Shown one piece after another: positions 28,713-37,474 of a stretch of DNA of 64,000 nucleotides. The notes under the pieces are model-generated. The model saw only the letters and a program-made list of their open reading frames with translations. It did no database searches and had not been told where the DNA came from. A program made the translations under genes and the position numbers. The stretch is from a bacterium (lineage in GTDB: Bacteria > RBG-13-61-14 > DATKZS01), in the NCBI GenBank assembly GCA_963674965.2, contig CAXXFL010000005.1:256001-320000 (forward strand), in the 5' to 3' direction. The first letter of the stretch is position 1, and the number at the start of each line of letters is the position of its first letter.

Positions 28713-28741
28713 ATTTTAGCTGAGATAGGTCTTTCGGGCAA
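28713..28741 (-). promoter_or_regulatory. Putative sigma70 promoter of the acyl-CoA synthetase/GNAT/MBL operon
   Basis: Minus strand TTGCCC-N17-TAAAAT. Confidence 0.55.
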
Positions 28742-28842
28742 ATTTTTTAGCGGTCGGGAAAAATTAACATGGAATTGCTTCCCCTTCCGCTTTACCAAGG
28801 GGAACGCGGAAGGGGAAAATTTTTGCGGAACGAGTCTTCAAA

Positions 28843-30969
28843 TCAGATGATCTTTTCGACCACCACTTCCTCTCCCGTGTTAAGGAGGGCGTCCGCTATC
28901 GACTGTTTTGGAATGACGATCTCGCCCGCCTCGACGTCGGCCACCTCGAGAGTGGCGTGCAGGGAATGGAGTCCGCCCAGCCACCACCTCTTATCGGAGA
29001 CGTAGACCAGGTCGCCGGCGCGGGCCTTCATCTTTTCGGCGTCGGCTTTATTGAGACGCGCGATGACCGTGACCTCGGCGCCGGTCTCGTCGATCATGGT
29101 CTCGTCCGAGGATCCCAGCTTGACCCTGATCTTTTCTCCCTCTTCCATGTCGTTGGGCTCGGACCCCTTGAAGAAACGCTTGGCCTGCCTGATGCTCCCG
29201 ACCCACAGTCCCTCGATCTTCTTCTCGTCCGTGTTGGGCCAGATGAAGGTGGAAACTACTCCGATCAGGGTGCAAAGGGTCATGCCGTAGAGGCCGCGCA
29301 TGTAGATGAGGGACTTTTGCATTCCCGACTCCATGTCCATGCCGTGGATCATGGCGAAGGGCTTGATGAGGTCGTCATACTGGATCGAAACGGCCATCAG
29401 AATCCCGCCCACCAGCATGGTCAGGAATGCGGCGCGGGGCGAGAACTTTTTCCATAGAATGCCCAGGATGATGGTGGTGATAATGGGAGGACTCACGGCG
29501 GCGGTAAAGGCCCCGTGGGCGTCGTAGATCGATCCGAAGCCCATGTAAATGGGGACCAGGGCCAGGCCGCCGAAGGTAAAGACGATCGAGAAAATCCTGG
29601 CCCAGGCCAGGTAGAACTTGTCCGACCTGTCCTTGGCGATGAAGGGCTTGAGAATGTCGTTGACCGCGATGGCGCTGACCGCGTTGATCAGGGTATCGAC
29701 CGTGCTCATGAGTGCCGCCGTGATGGCCGCCAGGATAACGCCGAAAATTATGTCGTTTTGTACTATGGCGGCGGACACGAGCACGAAGGCGTTATTGGGA
29801 TCGATATCCTTGCTCATGAGCCCGTAATGCTGCATTGCGCTCCCTATCCAACCCGTGTCGGCCACGGAAATGGCGGCGATGGGCATGAGGATCAACACCA
29901 CGGCCACGATGGCCTTCCTTCCCTCGTTGACGCTCTTGACGGCCAGGAACCTCATAATAAGGCCTTGGTTGGCGAAGTAGAAGAACATGGACGAGCCGAA
30001 AAAGTCCTGCCAGAAAATGCCCACCATGGGAAACGACCCCGGCCGGTTGAAGCCGGAGAACGGAAGTTGGTGAGACTCGGGCATGCCTTTCCAGAAAGCC
30101 GCCATACCGGACATGCCGTCAACGTGCTGTCCCAGGTAATGCCATCCTAAAAGTAGCAGGGCAACGCCCACGACAAGGAGCAGGAGGCCCTGCACGAGGT
30201 CGGTCATGATAACCGCGGTCTGGCCGCCGAAGGTGACGTATATCCCCGCCACTATGGCTATAATGGCGGCCCACAGAAAGCGGGAGACTTTCTCGGGCCT
30301 GTCGCTGTAGACCTTGACCTTCTCGTCGTCGGCTTTCCCCTTCAACGCCTTGGAGATGGGCACGGGCATTCCGTCGGCGTCGACCAGGAAGTCTCCATTT
30401 TCGTCGAGCAGCTTGTATTTTTTTTCCTTGACCTCCTTGACCGTGACCAGCTTAACCAGTTCGTCGGCGGAGTACATGGAGGCCACTTTTTTATCGAGCG
30501 GGGCAATCTTGTTTACCGCCAGTCCCAGAGTGTAAAGGTTTATCCCGATATAACCGACCATGTAGATCATAATAAAAATAATGGCCATGACGCGGGTGGG
30601 ACGGTTGAACCTCCTCTCGAAGTACTCGGGGATGGACTTGACGCGGGAGAAGTAAACGAGGGGCATCCATCCCAGGATGAAGAGCGGGATCAGGAACCAG
30701 TCGTTCAAGTAGGTCATGGTCGAGCTCATGCCGAAGCTGAGTCCTCTTTCCGAGTACTTGATAAAGGAATAAGACCCGACCACGGTGGCGACGCAGGAAA
30801 AGGCGATCAGCCACCAGGAGAAGCGCTGTCCCGAGAAAAAGAAGTCGTTGGTGCTCTTGGTGTTTTTTCCGAAGATGCCCCCGAATCCGAGCACCATGAC
30901 GAAATAGGCGATCATGACGCCGTAAACCATGTACATGTTCAGGTTGGCAAGATGTTGGCTCGCGGTCAT
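28843..30969 (-). CDS. Sodium:solute symporter (SSS) with hydrophilic loop insertion and C-terminal soluble domain
   Basis: DFFFSGQRFSWW, IPEYFERRF, GGQTAVIMTDLVQ, AALMSTVDTLIN. Confidence 0.9.
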   Translation of the reverse strand: MTASQHLANLNMYMVYGVMIAYFVMVLGFGGIFGKNTKSTNDFFFSGQRFSWWLIAFSCVATVVGSYSFIKYSERGLSFGMSSTMTYLNDWFLIPLFILGWMPLVYFSRVKSIPEYFERRFNRPTRVMAIIFIMIYMVGYIGINLYTLGLAVNKIAPLDKKVASMYSADELVKLVTVKEVKEKKYKLLDENGDFLVDADGMPVPISKALKGKADDEKVKVYSDRPEKVSRFLWAAIIAIVAGIYVTFGGQTAVIMTDLVQGLLLLVVGVALLLLGWHYLGQHVDGMSGMAAFWKGMPESHQLPFSGFNRPGSFPMVGIFWQDFFGSSMFFYFANQGLIMRFLAVKSVNEGRKAIVAVVLILMPIAAISVADTGWIGSAMQHYGLMSKDIDPNNAFVLVSAAIVQNDIIFGVILAAITAALMSTVDTLINAVSAIAVNDILKPFIAKDRSDKFYLAWARIFSIVFTFGGLALVPIYMGFGSIYDAHGAFTAAVSPPIITTIILGILWKKFSPRAAFLTMLVGGILMAVSIQYDDLIKPFAMIHGMDMESGMQKSLIYMRGLYGMTLCTLIGVVSTFIWPNTDEKKIEGLWVGSIRQAKRFFKGSEPNDMEEGEKIRVKLGSSDETMIDETGAEVTVIARLNKADAEKMKARAGDLVYVSDKRWWLGGLHSLHATLEVADVEAGEIVIPKQSIADALLNTGEEVVVEKII

Positions 30970-30987
30970 TTTATTTCCTCCCGGGAT

Positions 30988-31191
30988 TTATACGTGGGTG
31001 GCGAAAAGTATCCACGCCGTGTGCATGATCAGATACCCGGCGAAGCCCACGAGAAGATAGATGAGGGCCCGCCTGTCCGAGGGGTTTTTCGGGTCGCTCG
31101 CCCCCGGCCGGAAGCAAAGGTAAAGGGTAATGAAAAAGAACAGGCCTCCAACGATGTATTGATAGGCCAATTGAAGCCAGTTGCCGTCCAT
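30988..31191 (-). CDS. Small two-TM membrane protein, probable SSS accessory subunit
   Basis: 67 aa, two hydrophobic segments, RBS GGAGG, ends 18 nt upstream of the SSS gene. Confidence 0.7.
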   Translation of the reverse strand: MDGNWLQLAYQYIVGGLFFFITLYLCFRPGASDPKNPSDRRALIYLLVGFAGYLIMHTAWILFATHV

Positions 31192-31362
31192 GTCGGACCT
31201 CCGAGAAGTTGGGGCGGGAGTAAATGTCCCCCGCCGGTTGCCGAATCGATCCTGACCGGGATTAACCTAACATTCATGGCGAGACGGTTCAAGGCCCCCT
31301 TCGGCCTCGATCCCATCCCGATCAATCAGTTTACATCTTTTTCGGGAGACGAAAGATTAGTT

Positions 31363-32655
31363 TCAGGTTATTTTTTTAATGAGGGCCGTCTTGATTTTGA
31401 GGGACTCGACCTTGTTGACCTCGATCTTGAAGCTTCCAAGCGTCAGCTCGTCGCCCGCCTTGGGAAACCGGCCAAGGGAATCCGTCACGTATCCCGAGAG
31501 GGTGGCCACGTCGTCGTCCTCGAAGCGCATGCCCAGCCTTTCCCGCAGGACGGTCAAGGGGGTCCTGCCCGAGACCTCGTGGACGTCGTCCCCCAGCGGC
31601 CTGATCCAGGGCGACTCGTGGTCGAACTCGTCCTGAATCTGGCCCACTAACTGCTCGAGAACGTTCTCGAGGGTAATTATGCCCGAGACCGATCCCACCT
31701 CGTCGGTAATCACGGCCATGTGGATGTGGGAATCCCTGAACTTGCCCAGGATGACCTCGAGGTTTTCGTCCTCGGGCGACACGATTATCTCCCGGGAGAT
31801 GGAACGCAGGTCCACTTTCCCTTCATCGCGAAGCACCCAGAGCACGTCCCGGACGTGGACCACGCCCAGTATCGAGTCCAGGTCGCCGTCGCAAACGGGA
31901 TACCGGGCAAAGGGATTGCGCCGGGCCTTGGCAAGGTTCGCCTCCAAGGGGTCCCGGATGGAAAAGTAGACCACCTCGTTGCGGGGGACCATTATCTGCC
32001 GGGCCTTGACGTCGGCCAGGCGCAGAGCGCGCCGGCTGATGATCTTCTCCTGCTCGCTTATATGGCCGCCCCTGGCCGACTCGGAAAGCAACATCCGGAG
32101 CTCGGCCTCGCTGTGGGCCAACTCCTCCTCGGCCGCTGGAGAGATACCGATGAGTTTCAATAAGCCGTTTGCCGATCCGTTCAGGAGCCAGATGGCCGGA
32201 AAAAACGACCAGTAGAACATCCGGAGAGGAATGGCTATCCACAGGGTTGTCCCCTCCGTCCTCTGGATGGCCAGCGACTTGGGCGCCAGCTCGCCGAATA
32301 CGATGTGCAGGAAAGTGATGATGGCGAAGCCGGCGGCCACCGAGACCGAGGTGACCAGGGTCTCGTTGGTGACGCCGGCGGAATGGAGCACGGGCTCGAG
32401 CTGCTCGGAAACCAGCGGCTCGCCCAGCCAGCCCAGGCCCAGGCTGGTCATGGTAATGCCGAGTTGAGTGGCGGACAAATAAGCGTCAAGGCGCCTGATC
32501 AGGGTAAGTCCGATCTTTGCCCGGAGGGACCCCCTGTTCGCCAGCTCGACCAGCCTCGTCTCCCGGATTTTTACGATGGCGAACTCGGAGGCCACGAAGA
32601 ACCCGTTAAGCAGGACAAGAAAAAGGAGGGCCAGGACCTTTAAAAGGAAAATCAT
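31363..32655 (-). CDS. Hemolysin family / CNNM-CBS-CorC domain protein (TlyC/CorB-like)
   Basis: NGFFVASEFA, TQLGIT..LGWLGEP, GELAPKS, CBS pair, GQIQDEFD. Confidence 0.92.
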   Translation of the reverse strand: MIFLLKVLALLFLVLLNGFFVASEFAIVKIRETRLVELANRGSLRAKIGLTLIRRLDAYLSATQLGITMTSLGLGWLGEPLVSEQLEPVLHSAGVTNETLVTSVSVAAGFAIITFLHIVFGELAPKSLAIQRTEGTTLWIAIPLRMFYWSFFPAIWLLNGSANGLLKLIGISPAAEEELAHSEAELRMLLSESARGGHISEQEKIISRRALRLADVKARQIMVPRNEVVYFSIRDPLEANLAKARRNPFARYPVCDGDLDSILGVVHVRDVLWVLRDEGKVDLRSISREIIVSPEDENLEVILGKFRDSHIHMAVITDEVGSVSGIITLENVLEQLVGQIQDEFDHESPWIRPLGDDVHEVSGRTPLTVLRERLGMRFEDDDVATLSGYVTDSLGRFPKAGDELTLGSFKIEVNKVESLKIKTALIKKIT

Positions 32656-32746
32656 GGGGCATCTCCCGGTATCGCCCCCGCCCGTCCAGGGCGGACCGCC
32701 AATCCGAAAGGCTTTTTATCGAGCGCCTTATAGTGGTTGAAGTCCA

Positions 32747-33922
32747 TCAGAGCCAGCAGATTTTCTCGAGGGCCGACCGCCAGATATGTGTGGTTATGAG
32801 CCTGGTTTCGCCGTCCACTCGCCTGAAGTACTGGTCGGCCTCGGCTATTCCTATGATGGCCCCCGGCAGGTCGTGGGAGTTGTCGTACAGCTCGAGCACG
32901 TTGCCCGGCTTGGTAAGGACCCTTTGACAAGTCGCGAAAAAGTCCGCGTAAGCCCGGCGGACGTCCTCTTCCCGATACTCGACGCCTTTTTCCTGGAGTT
33001 GGTAATAAGACCAGTTAATGCCGTTAATGGCGTCGCAGTTGATGCAATAGGGGAAATCGCCTTTTTTGGGCTTTCTGTCCCAGAGCCCATTGTCGAGTTG
33101 AAGACCCAGGCAGGAGTCGATGACCCTCTCCGGGTAGGGCATGGGCCTGGACTTGGCCTGGTATATCCACCAGAAGTGTGCGGCTCCTCCCATGTCGTTC
33201 ATGGTGGGCTTCTTGTAGACGACGTTGTAAAAGGCCCGCTGCCAAAGGCCGGTATTAGGGTTGACCTCCTTGTCCAGCCAGTTAAGGTACCAGTCGAACC
33301 ACTCGTCCGAGGCTTCCCCCGTCATGAGCAAGGAAGCCGCCACGCCGCCGCCCTCGTGGGACCCGACCCAAACCACGTCCCACCAAATCTGGCGCAGCCA
33401 GCGGTCAAGGGCCTTTTCGTCCCGCGTCATTGGGTCCTTCCACTTGAACGGGTAAAGAGGCTTGTGATCGAGAAGAGCCAGGGCGCCCGTCGCGTAGGCC
33501 GTGGCGTGGCTCTTGAAGTGCAAAGTCTCGTTGCCTTTCGAGAACCATCCCGTTTCCGGGTCCTGGAAAGACTGGATAATGCCCGCCCACTCGGCGCGTC
33601 CCTCCAGCGTCGTCCTTTCCTCCATTTGCCCCGAGACCCACAAAAGATAGGCGAAGTCGGCCGAACCGTAAAGATCGTAAGCCTCGCCCGGCTGATAAGA
33701 GAAGTATCCCCTCACGTCCGCGGGATCGTAGGGGAAGGCGGGATCGCGATACGCCGCCATGTAGTCGTCCAGTTGCGCCTCGAAGCCCGTGAAGTCGTAA
33801 CTTGCGCCGGATTGTCTCAGATCGCTCGGGTAAAGGCCGCCGTCATCCGAGGCGGCCGGAGAAACCACCAGGCAGATGGCGACCATGGCCGCGAATAACG
33901 CCGAAGTTATTTTTTTCGTCAC
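32747..33922 (-). CDS. Secreted hypothetical protein, Trp/Tyr-rich, possible alpha/alpha toroid
   Basis: Signal peptide; repeated QDPETGWF / NPNTGLW / QLDNGLW motifs reminiscent of prenyltransferase-like repeats. Confidence 0.65.
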   Translation of the reverse strand: MTKKITSALFAAMVAICLVVSPAASDDGGLYPSDLRQSGASYDFTGFEAQLDDYMAAYRDPAFPYDPADVRGYFSYQPGEAYDLYGSADFAYLLWVSGQMEERTTLEGRAEWAGIIQSFQDPETGWFSKGNETLHFKSHATAYATGALALLDHKPLYPFKWKDPMTRDEKALDRWLRQIWWDVVWVGSHEGGGVAASLLMTGEASDEWFDWYLNWLDKEVNPNTGLWQRAFYNVVYKKPTMNDMGGAAHFWWIYQAKSRPMPYPERVIDSCLGLQLDNGLWDRKPKKGDFPYCINCDAINGINWSYYQLQEKGVEYREEDVRRAYADFFATCQRVLTKPGNVLELYDNSHDLPGAIIGIAEADQYFRRVDGETRLITTHIWRSALEKICWL

Positions 33923-34035
33923 GTCCTTTCCCCCAAGATTGGCCCAGAGAGCGCGGCCCGGAATATTTCGATCATACCACGTCTGACTCGCGAGTAAAGC
34001 CGCCGAGGGCGCCAGGAGACGGAGGATTGGAAAAA

Positions 34036-34073
34036 GGAAAAAGAAAACCGGGGCGATACTGCAAGCCCCGGTC
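34036..34073 (-). terminator. Rho-independent terminator of the histone H1-like gene
   Basis: ACCGGGGC/GCCCCGGT stem followed on the minus strand by a T-rich run. Confidence 0.75.
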
Positions 34074-34103
34074 TCTTATGGATTTTGCTTAATGGCCAGG
34101 TTA

Positions 34104-34340
34104 CTACTTCGCCGCCTTTTTCACGGCCTTTTTGGCCACTTTCTTTTTCGCCGGTTTCTTCTTCGCTACTTTCTTGGCCGGCTTCTTTTTCGCGACCGCT
34201 TTCTTCTTTACGGCCTTCTTCACGGCCTTCTTCGCCGGTTTCTTCGCCGCCTTCTTCGCTACTTTCTTCTTCGCTGGTTTCTTCGCGGCTTTTTTAGCCG
34301 CCTTTTTCGCCGGTTTCTTTGCCGCCTTTTTAATTACCAT
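34104..34340 (-). CDS. Histone H1-like Lys/Ala/Pro/Val repeat nucleoid protein (78 aa, 40 Lys)
   Basis: KKAAKKPAKK repeats; RBS AAGGAG; own promoter and terminator. Confidence 0.85.
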   Translation of the reverse strand: MVIKKAAKKPAKKAAKKAAKKPAKKKVAKKAAKKPAKKAVKKAVKKKAVAKKKPAKKVAKKKPAKKKVAKKAVKKAAK

Positions 34341-34490
34341 GAATTCTCTCCTTTCCTCTGCTAGCGCTAGTATTGAACTTAAAATAACATCCTATCTGAT
34401 CCTTGGCGGCGGCTCGTTATAAACGTTTTAATGAGTCCTTATGTCGTTCCCCCGAAAAAAACTTACGCAATTCACGACCAAGACAAAAAC

Positions 34491-34518
34491 ATTATACCAA
34501 AAATATTCAATTGGGCAA
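34491..34518 (-). promoter_or_regulatory. Putative extended -10 sigma70 promoter of the H1-like gene
   Basis: Minus strand TTGCCC-N16-TATAAT with TG at the extended -10 position; AT-rich upstream. Confidence 0.6.
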
Positions 34519-34663
34519 TAAAAAAATTAGCTTTTGAATAAAAAAAATCAATCCGCCTCGGCCGTCCTCAAGCTCCGTTTTCAATCTCCCTTGCCCAAGC
34601 CGGGAAACCCGCTTGCCAAGCGGCCGCGCTGGTTCGCCTCCTTTTAGTCCCACGAGAGGCGAA

Positions 34664-35416
34664 TCATCCGGCCTTGTCGGCGCGAGCGGCGTTTTTATCT
34701 ATTTCCATCTTGAAAAACCTGTTGGCCATCTCCGAGAACTGCTCCATGGTCATAATCGGGGCCGAGGCCGCGCGTTTGGCCTCATCGCTGATGCGCCCCT
34801 CTCCGACGGCCTCCCGGCCCGCTCGCCTGAATCCCTCGTATATCGGGTCCATCACCTTTTTGGCGCCCATCTCCATGAACTCGAGCATGGGGCCCATGGG
34901 TCTAACCAGTGCCCCAAGAAACTCGGCCCGCATGTTCTTGGCCGCCGCCGAGATATGGTGGATCATGGGCTCGAAGTTGTCGATCTCGCCGAAGCCGCAG
35001 GTGGAAACGAGCACTATCTTCTGTTTTTCCCCCCGCGTTCCCTTTCCCCTGCCCGGATGCCTCGAGTGCCCGTCCTTGACCTCGATGAAGGGCTGGGCCA
35101 TGGTGATCAGCCTGTCCATCATGGTCTTCATCTGTGCCGTCACGCCGTCCACGTAAACCGGCGAGGCGTAGACCATCATGTCCGCGCGCCTGATTTTATC
35201 GTGGATTTCGGGCATGTCGTCCTTGTGGATGCACCTGCCCGGATGAACCAGCCAGCAGTTGAAGCAGCCCGTGCAGTAGTTGATCTTCTTTTTAGCCACG
35301 TAAACGGTCTCCGTCTGGGCGCCCGCCTCGGCGGCCCCCTCCAGAAAGCGCTGAAGTATCCTGTCCGTCGCGCCCTTGGCCGCGCGCGGGCTGCCGTTAA
35401 ACGCCAGTACCTTCAT
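34664..35416 (-). CDS. Flavodoxin family / iron-sulfur flavoprotein (NADPH-dependent FMN reductase-like)
   Basis: AFNGSPR..GAT, CTGCFNCW..C..KDDM, ASPVY, KTMMDR. Confidence 0.88.
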   Translation of the reverse strand: MKVLAFNGSPRAAKGATDRILQRFLEGAAEAGAQTETVYVAKKKINYCTGCFNCWLVHPGRCIHKDDMPEIHDKIRRADMMVYASPVYVDGVTAQMKTMMDRLITMAQPFIEVKDGHSRHPGRGKGTRGEKQKIVLVSTCGFGEIDNFEPMIHHISAAAKNMRAEFLGALVRPMGPMLEFMEMGAKKVMDPIYEGFRRAGREAVGEGRISDEAKRAASAPIMTMEQFSEMANRFFKMEIDKNAARADKAG

Positions 35417-35630
35417 GGTCTCCCTCCTTTCCCCGCGAAACCGGACCGCGAGGACAAAGCCCTTTGAATAATCGATACATTCTTACGGATCGAATCTATC
35501 AGGACGGCTTCGCTATGTAAAGGCGAAAGAGTCTTTCAGACAACTCGTTCTTGCCTCCTTGGTCCCCTCGATGGTATATTCCTCTCGTGGCCGCGGGGCG
35601 GGCCTACATCTATTCAGGGAGGAACATGAC

Positions 35631-36644
35631 ATGCCCGTTAATGAAAAACTCAAACAATACGCCATGACCCTGGGCTTTCCCCAGTCGGAGAACCTGGCCC
35701 GCGTCTTCGAGATAATCTACGATACCGAGGACGACGTGACTCTCGTGGCCGCCCTACCCGGCACGGTGGAGGAAATAGCCGGACGAGCGGGAATGCCCGA
35801 GGAAAAAGTAAGGGCCATCGTCGACAAGCTCCTTTCAAGAGGCGCCATCAGCCATCCCATGAAGCGGCCCGAGCTTTTGCGAAGATTTCCCGCCATGATC
35901 GAGCTTCGCGACGCCACCGTGCTCTGGCCCGAGGCCCCCCAGGAGTTGTTCGAGAAATGGGACGACCTGATCCAGAACGAAACCAAGGCCCTCGTTCCCG
36001 TTCTCAAGAACCTCAAGATACCTCCCATGGTGAGGGTCGTGCCCATCGAGAGGACGGTCCAGACCCAAAACCGGGTGCTGGACGTGGACGCGGCCAGGAA
36101 GATATTCGAGGAGGCCGACCTTATTACCGTGCTTCCCTGCGCCTGCCGGACGGTGGCGAGAAGGAACGGGAGGGGAGAGGACTGCCCCGCCCCGGCCGAC
36201 GCCGTTTGCATGCAGACCAACGCCTTCGCCCAGGCGGTCATTGACCGGGGCATCGGCGAACGGATCACCAGGGAGGAGGCCCTCCGCCGCCTGGCCCTGG
36301 CGGAGGAGGCGGGCCTGGTGCACATGATCCGCAACAACGTGAAAAAGGACATGTTCATGTGCAACTGCTGCTCCTGCTGCTGCACGGGCCTTCATTTCGT
36401 CAACAAGCTCGGCTACGCCGCGGGCATAGCTCCCTCCCGCTTTAGGGTGGAGCTTGACGATGACCTTTGCACGGCCTGCGGGACCTGTGAGGACCGCTGC
36501 CAGTTTCACGCCATCACCGTTTCGGACAAGGCGGTTATCGATCTCGAGCGCTGCTACGGCTGCGGTTCCTGCGCCGTTTCCTGTCCCGAGGGGGCGCTCG
36601 GGCTGATCGAGGTCCGGCCCGTCGAGCATATCCGCGTCACTTGA
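35631..36644 (+). CDS. Cys-rich multi Fe-S protein (N-terminal HTH-like region, CNCCSCCC motif, C-terminal 2x[4Fe-4S] ferredoxin)
   Basis: PCACR..DCP..VCMQ, CNCCSCCC, CTACGTCEDRC, CYGCGSCAVSCP; RBS GGGAGG. Confidence 0.85.
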   Translation: MPVNEKLKQYAMTLGFPQSENLARVFEIIYDTEDDVTLVAALPGTVEEIAGRAGMPEEKVRAIVDKLLSRGAISHPMKRPELLRRFPAMIELRDATVLWPEAPQELFEKWDDLIQNETKALVPVLKNLKIPPMVRVVPIERTVQTQNRVLDVDAARKIFEEADLITVLPCACRTVARRNGRGEDCPAPADAVCMQTNAFAQAVIDRGIGERITREEALRRLALAEEAGLVHMIRNNVKKDMFMCNCCSCCCTGLHFVNKLGYAAGIAPSRFRVELDDDLCTACGTCEDRCQFHAITVSDKAVIDLERCYGCGSCAVSCPEGALGLIEVRPVEHIRVT

Positions 36645-36803
36645 TATATAAGGCCATCTCGAGCCCGATTCGGTTTTCCGGATAATTAACTTTACATTTT
36701 GATGTAAATGTGATTAAATATTATTGTATTTTTGCGTTTACTCGCGCATATTGAAAGCGGAAGCGAAATATGTTGGTCATTGGCAGGGAAGGAGGCTGAA
36801 AAG

Positions 36804-37400
36804 ATGAAGCGGAAGCTAAGTATGGTCATGGTCGCGGCGGCGGTTGTATTATTTGTTTCAAGCGGCGTCGCCTTCGCTCAAGTGGTTGCTCCCACTCCGG
36901 TCGCGGGCGCGGTATGTTGCTCGGACGGCAAACCGAATATTCCGGCGGGTCAGCAGTGCCTGGTGCTTCACCAGGTGGGTCCCGGCGAGAACCTTCACGT
37001 TCTGGCCGCTTACTATTACGGTGACGCCAGGGCGTGGCGGCTGATCTACAACGTGAATCAGCGGACGATAAGAAACCCCAACACCATCTACGCCGGGCAG
37101 GTCCTCCGGGTCGAGGTCCCGCCTTGTTGGAGTCCTCGTTTCGACCTGCAGGAATTTCTCGCCCTCGAGCAGAGAAGGGTCGAGGCCCTGAACGTCAAGG
37201 AAGAGGACAAGGGGCAGACGATCGTGGTGCGCGAGGTGGTCAAGCCCACGGTGACCGTGGTGGTCGAGGAAGAGGTGGACGAAAAGGACGAGACGGCCAA
37301 GCCCAAGGAGGCCCCGAAAACCGAGACCCTCGATGAAGAGAAGCCGGAAACCGAGGCGGCCCCACAACCGCCGGAGGGCGAGGGCGGCGAAGAGCTTTAA
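36804..37400 (+). CDS. Secreted LysM-domain protein with acidic Pro-rich tail
   Basis: Signal peptide; HQVGPGENLHVLAAYYYGDARAWRLIYNVN..IRNPNTIYAGQVLRV. Confidence 0.85.
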   Translation: MKRKLSMVMVAAAVVLFVSSGVAFAQVVAPTPVAGAVCCSDGKPNIPAGQQCLVLHQVGPGENLHVLAAYYYGDARAWRLIYNVNQRTIRNPNTIYAGQVLRVEVPPCWSPRFDLQEFLALEQRRVEALNVKEEDKGQTIVVREVVKPTVTVVVEEEVDEKDETAKPKEAPKTETLDEEKPETEAAPQPPEGEGGEEL

Positions 37401-37422
37401 TGTTTATTATTGAGGCGATCGG

Positions 37423-37455
37423 CAAGCCCCCACTATAACGCGGGGGCTTGTTTTT
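37423..37455 (+). terminator. Rho-independent terminator
   Basis: CAAGCCCCC/GGGGGCTTG stem followed by TTTTT. Confidence 0.7.
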
Positions 37456-37474
37456 AAGGACCGGGAGTAGTTAT

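Noticed and set aside
34092-34422. Plus-strand Phe/Ala- or Leu/Arg-rich ORFs and tandem-repeat-like DNA
   Set aside because: These are antisense shadows of the Lys/Ala repeat gene. The repeats are codon-level, with no spacer-separated identical units, so this is not a CRISPR array or VNTR.
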